Assembly: GCA_963844965.1 (NCBI GenBank)
Contig: CAWJQC010000007.1
Coordinates: forward strand, 64,001 to 128,000
Source of the DNA: an uncultured bacterium
GTDB lineage: Bacteria > Patescibacteriota > Minisyncoccia > UBA6257 > 2-01-FULL-56-20
Reading direction: 5' to 3'
Length of the DNA stretch: 64,000 nucleotides
Shown here: positions 38,030 to 47,060 of the stretch, piece after piece
Numbering within the stretch: the stretch's first letter is position 1
How the letters are laid out: each line of letters starts with the position of its first letter
Notes under the pieces: model-generated
Database searches by the model: none
Seen by the model: only the letters and a program-made list of their open reading frames with translations
Told to the model about the DNA's origin: nothing
Program-made: the position numbers and the translations under genes

Positions 38030-38710
38030 ATGAATTTTTCTGATTACAAGAATTCTATTTTACTGCCCGATCAATCTGCTTGGCAACAGGCGGAGTATTG
38101 GATTACTGAATCGAATATCAATGTTTTCAGCTTTCTTTCCTCTCAAAACGTTTCCATCAAAACTACGAGTTCTTCTGCTAGAGAGCTTTCATTCCAGTCG
38201 TACGTTCAGAATTTGTTTGTCAACGACCTTTCGAATACAGCGTCAGAATTAAATAGTAAGGAATCCTTTGTTTTGTCTTCCATTAATGGCTCTTTGACTT
38301 TTGAAAAATTAAGCCCCTTGGGATTTCCGGCACAAGTTATTCCAGATAAAGAGTTGGGTTCTTTAATAAAATCAAACCAATTTCCACTTTGGGATTCCTC
38401 GCCCTTCTTTTTGAGAATGAAAAGGAATAGGCGCAGTCAAGCTGATATCGAGCATTTTTATCTTGGGAGATATTTACAGAAGAATAAGCAGCCATTTTTC
38501 GTTTTTACAAATGACGACGACCAGATCCGGCAGGCTCAGCTTGAAGGATTTAAATTTATGCGGCCGCCAGACCTTCTGGTGTGGATGGTTAAAGATACGT
38601 TTGTCACGCGACAAAAAGCCGTGTGGGCTTACGAGAAAGCAAAAAAACATAATGCGCGATGGGCGAAAGCAGGCCTAAGATTCAGAGATATTCTGAACAA
38701 GTGTAGGTAA
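38030..38710 (+). CDS. Hypothetical protein, translationally coupled to the ClpP-like peptidase
   Basis: The ATG lies 3 nt after the upstream stop, with a GGTGGA ribosome-binding site. No recognisable domain. Confidence 0.55.
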   Translation: MNFSDYKNSILLPDQSAWQQAEYWITESNINVFSFLSSQNVSIKTTSSSARELSFQSYVQNLFVNDLSNTASELNSKESFVLSSINGSLTFEKLSPLGFPAQVIPDKELGSLIKSNQFPLWDSSPFFLRMKRNRRSQADIEHFYLGRYLQKNKQPFFVFTNDDDQIRQAQLEGFKFMRPPDLLVWMVKDTFVTRQKAVWAYEKAKKHNARWAKAGLRFRDILNKCR

Positions 38711-38775
38711 CTTAGCGCAATGCCCTCTCTTAACTGGATTGGGAAAGAAAAAATCGTAAATCACGACAAAGTTAA

Positions 38776-39795
38776 ATGACCGAGTTGAAAAATCGGACTT
38801 TATATTTCGGCGACAATCTGGAAATCCTACGCGAGAAAATTCCCGACGAGAGTTTTGATTTGATTTACCTTGACCCGCCGTTCAATTCCAACCGTGCCTA
38901 CAATGTAATTTATAAGGAAGGGTTGCAGGACAGCCCGGCACAAATTAAGGCCTTTGAGGATTCTTGGCATTGGACGCCGGAGGCGCAGGCAACTTTTGAG
39001 GAACTTGTCGGCATGCGGCAATCAAGGACGAAAATCAACGCTGACATTGTCAATTTGATGCAGGCGATGGAAAAACTCGTGGGACACAATGATATGCTTG
39101 CGTACCTTACAATGATGACAGTTCGGCTCATTGAACTGCGGCGCGTTTTGAAGTCAACCGGCAGTATTTATCTGCATTGCGACCCGACCGCAAGCCATTA
39201 TTTGAAAATCGTGATGGACACGATTTTCGGAAAACAGAATTTCCAAAACGAAATTATTTGGTGTTATGAAATCGGAGCTAGAAGTAAAACACACTGGGGG
39301 AGTAAACACGATGTAATTCTCTTTTATACAAAATCAGGAAACTTTATCTTTAACACAAGGGCCGTTGCTGTGCCACGGAAAGAAGGGACACACATGAAAA
39401 CCGCAGTAGACGAAGAAGGAAGAGAATATCAAGAAAAGAAGGATGCAAAAAGTGGTAAGGTCTATAGATATTATCTTGATGAAGGCGCCATCCCTCCCGA
39501 TTGGTGGGTGGGAATTCAGCAATTAAATCGTGAAGCACAAGAAAGATTGCATTATCCCACCCAAAAACCCGAAGCGCTTCTGGAAAGAATTATTAAGGCA
39601 TCGTCTAACGGACCTCCGCCAAGTCCTTCGCTGATTGCGACAGAGACAGAGGAGGTGGAGGAGAATAGAGGCGATTGGGTTCTTGACCCGTTTTGCGGTT
39701 GCGGCACGACGGTTGCCGTCGCCGAGCGGCTGAAAAGAAACTGGGTCGGCATTGACCCGCTCCGCCGCAAGCCCCGGCCTTTAGGCCGAGGATAA
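38776..39795 (+). pseudogene. N4/N6 DNA methyltransferase (beta class) whose 3' end is interrupted by an IS200/IS605 element
   Basis: DPPFN motif IV near the N-terminus and DPFCGCGTT motif I near the C-terminus. The reading frame runs into IS sequence after ...NWVGID. Confidence 0.8.
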
Positions 39796-40320
39796 GGCGA
39801 CCCCGTAGCCCCGAGCGAAGCGAGGGGCGGAGGGCTTATTTGCCTGTTCCCACTGGTTTCTGCCGGTGCGATAATGAAGATAATGCCCTCTGGATTCTGG
39901 CCAAGCAACCACAGCTATACGCGATGTTTGTACCACGTTGTTTTCTGCCCAAAGTACCGCCGCTCGATACTGCGAGGGGACATGGTCGGGCGACTCAAGA
40001 CATTGTTCTTTCAAGCCGCCAAGATGAATAAATGGTTCATCCATGAAGCGCAGATAATGCCCGACCATGTCCATCTATTGCTTCAAATTCCTGCTACCCT
40101 GACGGTTGCCAAAGCGGTGTTTTATCTCAAAGGCGGTACGTCCAGGGCTGTCAGAAAAGAATTTCCCGAGCTGGAAGAATTCCTCTGGGGAGACAGCTTG
40201 TGGCAGGATGGTTACTTTGCCGAAACCGTTGGCCGTCAAAACGAAAAAGCGATGAGAGAATATATCAGAAACCAGTGGGAACAGGAGCCGAACACAAGCC
40301 GCGGGCTTTAGCCCGCGGTG
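39757..40320 (+). mobile_element. IS200/IS605-family element (tnpA only)
   Basis: Y1 HuH transposase ORF and subterminal hairpins (CCGCGGGC-TTTA-GCCCGCGG at 40297-40317). A 20-bp inverted repeat CCTGTTCCCACTGGTTTCTG occurs at 39844-39863 and 40266-40285. An ATTGAC hexamer abuts both ends. Confidence 0.75.
39874..40311 (+). CDS. tnpA: IS200/IS605 TnpA (Y1 HuH transposase)
   Basis: YHVVFCPKYRR ... MPDHVHLLLQIP (HuH motif) ... YIRNQ C-terminus. Confidence 0.9.
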   Translation: MKIMPSGFWPSNHSYTRCLYHVVFCPKYRRSILRGDMVGRLKTLFFQAAKMNKWFIHEAQIMPDHVHLLLQIPATLTVAKAVFYLKGGTSRAVRKEFPELEEFLWGDSLWQDGYFAETVGRQNEKAMREYIRNQWEQEPNTSRGL

Positions 40321-40935
40321 ATTGACATTACGATGCTTGCCATCAATTTAATAAAACACCGGCTGATAGACGGCTTGGGAGTGGGACGGAACGAAATATG
40401 CACCGACGGTATTCCAAAGGACTTGAGCGGAGCGGAGGAACTGGCCAAAAAGGACAGATTTGCCTTTGAGTATTGGGTTTTGGATTTGGTGAACGCCGTT
40501 CCGGCGCAAAGCAAGACGAAAGAAAATATGCGCGGCGCGGACAAGGGGATTGACGGCATAATTACCATCGTAAAGTCGGTCAAGGACAATAAAAAAGAGC
40601 TTGGGAAAATTTTGGTTCAGGTGAAAAGCGGCGGCGTCCATCGCGACGACGTAGCCACGCTTAAGAGCGACGTTGAACGGGAAAAGGCCGTCGGCGGCGT
40701 TTTCATCACGCTGGAAAAGCCGACTCAGCCGATGAGAACGGAGGCGGTTGAGGCGGGAACGTTCAGGGTTGACTACTCCCAGGAAAATTTGCCGAAAATT
40801 CAGATTATAACGGTTGAGGACTTGTTGAGCGGCAAGAAACTGGACCTGCCTCCGGCCGTGGCGCTTCAGGAAACCTACTATAAGGAAGCAAAACCTGCGA
40901 AACCCGAAAACAGGGCAAAAAAATTGGGAATATAG
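40318..40935 (+). pseudogene. Mrr-like PD-(D/E)xK restriction endonuclease domain, separated from the methyltransferase by the IS200 insertion (likely the C-terminal part of one fusion protein)
   Basis: FAFEYWVLDLV...GADKGIDGII...ILVQVKSG is the Mrr_cat pattern. The frame is open from the IS end with no ATG (GTG only). Joining ...NWVGID to ITMLAINLIKHRL... gives a typical methyltransferase C-terminal helix. Confidence 0.65.
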
Positions 40936-40941
40936 AATTTT

Positions 40942-41595
40942 ATGAATTTGGATGAATTTAAACTGCAGAATTTGGGCATTGACAAAGAAAAATTCGGAAA
41001 AATTCTCAGCTTTGTAGACTTCGGCAACGTTAATTATTGGTATGAGAAAGACCGGCGCGACTGGGAGGACAACACCATTAAGCCGAATCAAAGATTAATA
41101 ATTGATATCGCAAAACTCGCTCAATTTTTGAATCTTTTCTCTGATCAAAAGCGCTTTTACTACGGATGGCACAAGCGCATGAAGAGATCTTGGCATATTT
41201 TGGTATTGGCGGAGAGAAATGGATTTGTTAAAATTACCAAACCAATACAATTCATAAAGCATTATCTTGAAGAGTTAGAGTTGGCGAGCGCAAACGGGAG
41301 GCTTGTTAAAGAAGACTTGATGGGCAGGTATATTGAAATTCCAAAAAGCAATTTTGATGTAGAGATAAGCGTTGATTCAATTCGTTTGCTGGACAAATAC
41401 AATACATTTTGCTTGCTTTCCGGCGATAGCGATTTTACTTATTTAAACCGATTTTTAAAAAGAAGGGGGAAGAAAATTATTGTTATTGCTGCAGGTCAAA
41501 TACTTCATTCCCTAAAAGAAACCGCGGACTTATATATAAACGCGCAGACAATTAAGGGAAGCATTGCCGCCGTAAAAGAAACCTCGCCCGGTTAA
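40942..41595 (+). CDS. NYN-domain (LabA-like, PIN fold) protein
   Basis: FVDFGNVNYW, DVEISVD and LLSGDSDF acidic motifs. Confidence 0.7.
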   Translation: MNLDEFKLQNLGIDKEKFGKILSFVDFGNVNYWYEKDRRDWEDNTIKPNQRLIIDIAKLAQFLNLFSDQKRFYYGWHKRMKRSWHILVLAERNGFVKITKPIQFIKHYLEELELASANGRLVKEDLMGRYIEIPKSNFDVEISVDSIRLLDKYNTFCLLSGDSDFTYLNRFLKRRGKKIIVIAAGQILHSLKETADLYINAQTIKGSIAAVKETSPG

Positions 41596-41724
41596 GGGCG
41601 AGGTTTGGATATCGGATCCGTCTCCGACGGACAGGGTAGCTTGAGGCTACAAAGTAAGCATAGCATGGGCAATTATTAAAAGTCAATGAACTGTGGATAA
41701 TTAAAGGAGTAATCAAAATACAAC

Positions 41725-42507
41725 ATGTCCCAATATTACAAGCCGAAACGCGGCAGGAATTTATACAATCCGGCGAATCCGGAGCCGTTCGTCGTCAGCC
41801 GTTCCGGCATTGACCTATATATAGAGTGCCCGCGGTGTTTTTATCTGGACAGGCGTCTTGGCACCGCTAGGCCGCCGGGTTTTCCTTTCAGTTTGAACAC
41901 GGCGGTTGATGCTTTGCTCAAAAAAGAATTTGACATCCACCGCGCCGCGAACACGCAGCATCCCTTGATGAAAAAATATGGCATTGACGCCGTGCCCTAT
42001 GCGCACGAAAAGCTGGAAGAGTGGCGCGATTCCCGCCTTCGGGGCATAAAATTTTTCCACGAGCCGACGAATCTCACGATAAAAGGCGGCATTGACGACG
42101 TCTGGGTAAATCCGAAAGGAGAATTGCATATCGTGGATTACAAAGCTACCTCAAAAACATCGGAAGTTAACATTGACGCCGAGTGGCAGAGCGGATACAA
42201 GCGGCAGATGGAAGTTTACCAGTGGCTTTTCCGCAAGAACGGCTTTGATGTTTCCGACATCGGCTATTTCGTTTACTGCAACGGCGACACGGACAAAAAA
42301 GCGTTTGACGCCAAGCTGGAATTTAACGTCAAGGTGATTCCCTACAAAGGAAACGACGGCTGGGTGGAGGAAACGATTCGCGAGGTAAAAAGCTGCCTTG
42401 ATTTTGATGAACTTCCCGCGGCGAACGACAGCTGCGACTGGTGTGCCTACTTCGGCGCGAGAGAACGGCTGGAGAAAGGAAACAGCGACTTTATTGAGAG
42501 CGCGTGA
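41725..42507 (+). CDS. PD-(D/E)xK nuclease with a four-Cys cluster (Cas4/RecB-like)
   Basis: GIDDVWVNPKGELHIVDYKATSK core; N-terminal CPRC and C-terminal CDWC. Confidence 0.65.
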   Translation: MSQYYKPKRGRNLYNPANPEPFVVSRSGIDLYIECPRCFYLDRRLGTARPPGFPFSLNTAVDALLKKEFDIHRAANTQHPLMKKYGIDAVPYAHEKLEEWRDSRLRGIKFFHEPTNLTIKGGIDDVWVNPKGELHIVDYKATSKTSEVNIDAEWQSGYKRQMEVYQWLFRKNGFDVSDIGYFVYCNGDTDKKAFDAKLEFNVKVIPYKGNDGWVEETIREVKSCLDFDELPAANDSCDWCAYFGARERLEKGNSDFIESA

Positions 42508-42558
42508 TTTGGAGGCGTTCTTCATCAAATATTTCGGTGTCTCCATTAGCTTTTTAAT

Positions 42559-43248
42559 ATGCTTAGGAGTTTTCTGGGCAAACGTTTGCTTGTTCTTGTG
42601 GCGCATCCCGACGACGAGAGTTTCGCGGCCGCCGGAACTATCCACAAGAATCGCGAGGCGGGCGGAAAGAACGCCATCATTTGCGTTACCCGCGGCGAGA
42701 GGGGAAAGTCCCATCTCGCAAGGCCGCATACGTCGCGCGAGCTTAAAGCCATCCGTTCAAAGGAGCTTGAAGCCGCGGCGCGGTTTTTGAAGGTGATGGA
42801 ACTGCGCATTCTTGATTTTCCCGATGGAAGAGTCACGGAGAATAAAAATAAAATTTACGAAAGATGCCTGCCACTTGCGCGGTGTTTGAAGCCCGACGTG
42901 ATTTTGAGCTTCGGTCCGGACGGAATTTCCGGGCATCTTGACCACATCGCCGTCGGTTCCGTGGCGAAAAAAATAGCAAGAGACCTGAAAGTTCCTTTCA
43001 TAGCTTTCGCTGCTTCGCCGCATCTCGTCAAGAATTTCCGAAGTCTTGAACAACGTAGGAAATTCGGCGTGTATTCAAAGAGCGTCCGTCACGCGGCGCA
43101 CGATCTGAAGATAGCCGTCAATTCTAAAATAAAATCAAAGACGCTGCGGTTCCATAGATCGCAGATAGGCGATGTTGGGCAGTTCCGCTCCGAAAACAGG
43201 GTGATTGCCAAAAATTTTTTGCGATACGAATATTTTCGCGTGTTGTGA
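42559..43248 (+). CDS. LmbE/PIG-L family N-acetylglucosaminyl deacetylase
   Basis: VAHPDDESFAAAG motif. Confidence 0.75.
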   Translation: MLRSFLGKRLLVLVAHPDDESFAAAGTIHKNREAGGKNAIICVTRGERGKSHLARPHTSRELKAIRSKELEAAARFLKVMELRILDFPDGRVTENKNKIYERCLPLARCLKPDVILSFGPDGISGHLDHIAVGSVAKKIARDLKVPFIAFAASPHLVKNFRSLEQRRKFGVYSKSVRHAAHDLKIAVNSKIKSKTLRFHRSQIGDVGQFRSENRVIAKNFLRYEYFRVL

Positions 43249-43333
43249 GCAGCGGGCGCGGCTTGCGCGAGCGTTTCAGCGCCGGGGAAAATCCGGAGAA
43301 AAAATCGCGATGTCGGGAGATTTGCTGCGGAGG

Positions 43334-43930
43334 TTATCGGGAATATTTTTTTGTTATCCTGCGGTAAATTCTTACTAGTACAAAAATTACGACTCCGACG
43401 GCAACGATGCCGGCGATGGTGCTTTGGATACCGGAAAAATCGCCCCAATAGCTTCCTGCGGCGTATCCAAGGGACAGCGCAACGAAAGGTTCAATAAAGT
43501 TACCTAAGAAATCATATGTGATGAAGGTTTTGAACGGCACCTTCACGAGGCCGGCGAGAATCGCCGCAATTGGGCTTAGCGATCCCGCAAAGCGGGTCGC
43601 GAATACCGTCGCCGCGGCATCAGCAACCAGTTCTTCTTTGAGCCGGGTAAAAAAGACAATTTTTTCCAGCCGCAGGACGCGGACAATCCACCTGCTGTAT
43701 TTTCTTGTAACCGCGTAGTCGGTTAAGTCGCCGAGCGTGTTGGCGGTAACGGCAACGGTGAGCGCCAGCCAATAACTGAAATACCCCTGGCTTGAAAACG
43801 CTCCTATGGCGAGGAGCATGGCATTGCCGGGAAGCGGCAGAATCACCGCGGCGGAATAGACGATGATGAAGATCGCCTCATATCTATATAGTAGTACGTA
43901 GGATAGAAGAGAACCGAGCAGGGGAATCAT
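43334..43930 (-). CDS. DedA/VTT-family membrane protein
   Basis: Polytopic, with a GDLTDYAVTRK-type DedA motif. Confidence 0.6.
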   Translation of the reverse strand: MIPLLGSLLSYVLLYRYEAIFIIVYSAAVILPLPGNAMLLAIGAFSSQGYFSYWLALTVAVTANTLGDLTDYAVTRKYSRWIVRVLRLEKIVFFTRLKEELVADAAATVFATRFAGSLSPIAAILAGLVKVPFKTFITYDFLGNFIEPFVALSLGYAAGSYWGDFSGIQSTIAGIVAVGVVIFVLVRIYRRITKKYSR

Positions 43931-44391
43931 TTTGTTGCGCTGGGTACCGTGCTTGTTGAGTAGGTGCGCACCGCGTTTTGGACGACGGCTAAGAACACGG
44001 TTGCCGTGATGTGCTGGTTACTCGCGCAGCGGTTAAGAGAAACGCGCGGATAATGCGGGTCCGATATCCCCAGTTTTGTTTTGAGATAATACGGCTGCAG
44101 GTTGAAAATTCTGTTTATGTAGTCAAATGTCATCCAGCCCTGGATGATGCCGGAGTTTTCTGGTGAAAGCGGGCCGCGCCCGCGAAGAGTGTTCAAAAAG
44201 GAGGTGTGGTCGCGCATAATTTGCGACCTGCGCAAGGTCCGGTATTCCCTGTAGAGCGCGAAACACAAAACGACCAGTATGATGCCGAGAACCGCGATGA
44301 CGTACTTCAGGTACGAACCGGTGTGGTTTGGTTTTGATATTGTCATACCGTTAATTATAATCCTTTTAGTTTTAGAAAACCCGATATTCAC
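43927..44391 (-). CDS. Hypothetical membrane protein (operon partner of DedA)
   Basis: Single transmembrane segment. Its stop overlaps the DedA start (4-nt overlap). Confidence 0.4.
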   Translation of the reverse strand: MNIGFSKTKRIIINGMTISKPNHTGSYLKYVIAVLGIILVVLCFALYREYRTLRRSQIMRDHTSFLNTLRGRGPLSPENSGIIQGWMTFDYINRIFNLQPYYLKTKLGISDPHYPRVSLNRCASNQHITATVFLAVVQNAVRTYSTSTVPSATK

Positions 44392-44421
44392 GAATCTTTA
44401 CTTTGCGGCTAAAATAAAGAG

Positions 44422-45042
44422 ATGAGAGGCGCTTATTTTTTTATTGTATTAGCGGGAATCGCGGCACTGTCTGCTCCCGTGGCGCGGGTCGCGGCGGATG
44501 TGAATGCGGCTTCGTCAACGGGGAATATTCGCCCGACCATTCCTGCCGGTGTGGACGTGAACCGCGTGCCGGTTACGGAGCGCGGCTGGGAAGTCGGGAG
44601 GACAGACGATATAGAAATTGTCGGATTGAAAGCTCCAGCCGTTGTGCCGGCTGTCGCGACGACAAGCGACCCTTTGCTCGTTCAAACCGTGAGCGACATG
44701 AGAACGTTCGGGCGGGACGTAGCGGAGCGTGACGCGAATATCAGATTGATTATGGTCAGTCCCGAGACGACGGAGGTGGATTATGCCGTCCAGGGAAAGT
44801 TTCTTTGGATCGTGCCAATGAAAGTAAACGTAGATGTGTCGGTTGATAAGGAAGACGACGTGAAAGTAGAACTGCCGTGGTACGGAGCTTTCGTGAAAAT
44901 GGCGGCGAGATTTGACGTTTGGGACATTGAACAGACGCTTGATGAGCGCGCCGTCTCGGCGCCGGAGGATGAGTTCAGCCGTCAGGCGTGGACCCTGCAG
45001 GAATTGGCCGCGATCATGAAGGAATATACCGCGCGTAATTAG
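44422..45042 (+). CDS. Secreted hypothetical protein
   Basis: Signal peptide MRGAYFFIVLAGIAALSAPVARVAA. No recognisable domain. Confidence 0.5.
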   Translation: MRGAYFFIVLAGIAALSAPVARVAADVNAASSTGNIRPTIPAGVDVNRVPVTERGWEVGRTDDIEIVGLKAPAVVPAVATTSDPLLVQTVSDMRTFGRDVAERDANIRLIMVSPETTEVDYAVQGKFLWIVPMKVNVDVSVDKEDDVKVELPWYGAFVKMAARFDVWDIEQTLDERAVSAPEDEFSRQAWTLQELAAIMKEYTARN

Positions 45043-45697
45043 ATTCGTTTTTTCTTAATCGGTTTGTTGGGAAGTGTTCGGTCACGGCGCGTGAGCTTGA
45101 CCACGCCCGCAGTTCGCGCTAAACTGCGGCTGGCGTTAATTTTTGAGAAAACACGGGAGGCGCGGAGTGGAAATACAGATTGTTGGTATTGGGTGTGCGT
45201 TGCTTAGCGGGATATGGGTTGCCCATCTGGATATGGGCATTTTGTTGCTTGCCATCATGCTCTTTGTGGTGATCATCGCGGCGAGACATTTACTGCCCAA
45301 AATGTCCCAGGCTTCACATGAACCGCTGGCGAAAGATGGCAAAAGATAGAGAATCGCGGTGAGGAGGGCGAGGAGAAGGAAGTATCCCGGGGTTATCGCC
45401 GAAATCAAGAAAGTGAAATCGGCCAGAGACCTTATGGATATTGTCGGCAGGTATAATTGCTTGGTCGGGAAAGAGAACAATGTTTTCCTAGTGAAAGCAC
45501 AGTTGTTTGAAAACCATCTCTCTGAGTGTGACTGGGCCAATATCTATTGCATCGCGGAAGAAGGGAGCGAGCTTGAAAAAGTCGCCAGAGAAAAAGCCGG
45601 CGATGCGTTGGATTTTCCTGAACCGATTTGAGTTTTTACGGCCGCGCGGTCAAGAACCGGCGGCCTGTTTTATTTTTAGTTGTGTTAAAATTACCTT

Positions 45698-46597
45698 ATG
45701 AAGTTGCCAAAGAAAGAAATTCCTACGCTCGCGGGAGTCGCCGCGGTGATTTTGCTTTTGGTTTTCGGGGGATATTATTTCTGGAAACTGAACGAAGAGA
45801 AGAAAATTCTTGAGGCGCGGAATACCACGCTCACGCAGTCCTTGAAGACCACCGAGGAAGCGCTTACGCGCCTCGAGGGGAATTTGTCGCAGTCCCAGAA
45901 AGACAACTCCGATCTCTCGGAGTCGCTCACGGCGGAAAAAACTAGGAACGATTCGTTCGCGTCGCAGATCAGCGACCTTTCGGGAACGGTCGGCACGCTT
46001 CAGAAGCTGGCCGCGACCGACCCGGAGCTTTTGATGAAATATTCCAAAGTTTATTTTTTGAGCGAAAATTACGTGCCCGCCCAACTTTCACCTATCGGTT
46101 CGGATTATCTTTACGACGAGAAAAAACCCCAGCTCATACTTTCCGGCGTTCTGCCGTACATCACGGCGATGCTCGCGTCGGCCAAGCGTGACGGAGTTGA
46201 ACTGCGCGTTCTTTCCGCCTACCGGTCTTTCTATGAGCAATTTTCGCTTAAGTACGAATACAAAATGGTCTACGGTTCGGGCGCCAACCAATTTTCTGCC
46301 GACCAGGGATATTCTGAGCACCAGCTGGGGACGGCTTGCGACTTCACGACGCCCGCGGTCGGTGGAAACCTTTCAGAATTCGCGAGTTCAACCGCTTATG
46401 CTTGGCTTACGGCGAACGCTTACGAATTCGGTTTCACGCTTTCCTATCCGGAAAACAATTCCTATTACCAGTTTGAACCGTGGCACTGGCGTTTCGTCGG
46501 TGTGGCTTTGGCGACCCATCTCCACGAAACGAACGAATATTTTTACGAGATGGCCCAGCGCGACATAGACCAATATCTCGTTTCATTTTTTGATTAG
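45698..46597 (+). CDS. M15-family D-Ala-D-Ala carboxypeptidase (VanY-like) with an N-terminal anchor and coiled coil
   Basis: SEHQLGTACD and EPWHWRFVG zinc-peptidase motifs. Confidence 0.75.
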   Translation: MKLPKKEIPTLAGVAAVILLLVFGGYYFWKLNEEKKILEARNTTLTQSLKTTEEALTRLEGNLSQSQKDNSDLSESLTAEKTRNDSFASQISDLSGTVGTLQKLAATDPELLMKYSKVYFLSENYVPAQLSPIGSDYLYDEKKPQLILSGVLPYITAMLASAKRDGVELRVLSAYRSFYEQFSLKYEYKMVYGSGANQFSADQGYSEHQLGTACDFTTPAVGGNLSEFASSTAYAWLTANAYEFGFTLSYPENNSYYQFEPWHWRFVGVALATHLHETNEYFYEMAQRDIDQYLVSFFD

Positions 46598-47060
46598 GCG
46601 CGGTTCGTCTGTCCGCCGGAAAGAAGCAGCCGCGCAGATTTTATAAGGCGAAACCGGCTTATGCACAGGGGTGTGCACAACGCGCCACTTTACGGGCAGA
46701 CCGCGGCACTACAATTAAGGTGAGCCTCGGGATGAGGAGAACGAAGTCGTAAGGCAGAGTTGTTCAGCAGAAATGTTGATATGTGTCCCGGGGCTCACGA
46801 AAGACCGCGCCCGCGCGGCTTTTTGTTTTGGCTGGTATGAGTTCATTTGCGCGCAAGTTTTATCCACACAAGATTTGCCGAATTGATGTTTATTTAGTTT
46901 AGTTGAGGACGTCAGTAGCCTGTCTGGTTGGACAGGACGGCAAGAGACCTATCCCTCACAAGGCGAGTTGATTGAGTGTAGGTATTATGGTAAGATGTCC
47001 TTAATGGGTCGATGGATTGAATTAATTAAACATAATTATTAATTATCTATAAAATTTAAA

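Noticed and set aside
46598-46640. Confident SRP RNA (ffs) annotation
   Set aside because: Only the 14-nt domain IV core matches. A canonical long hairpin cannot be drawn without overlapping the upstream CDS. Kept as a low-confidence candidate in findings rather than as a feature.
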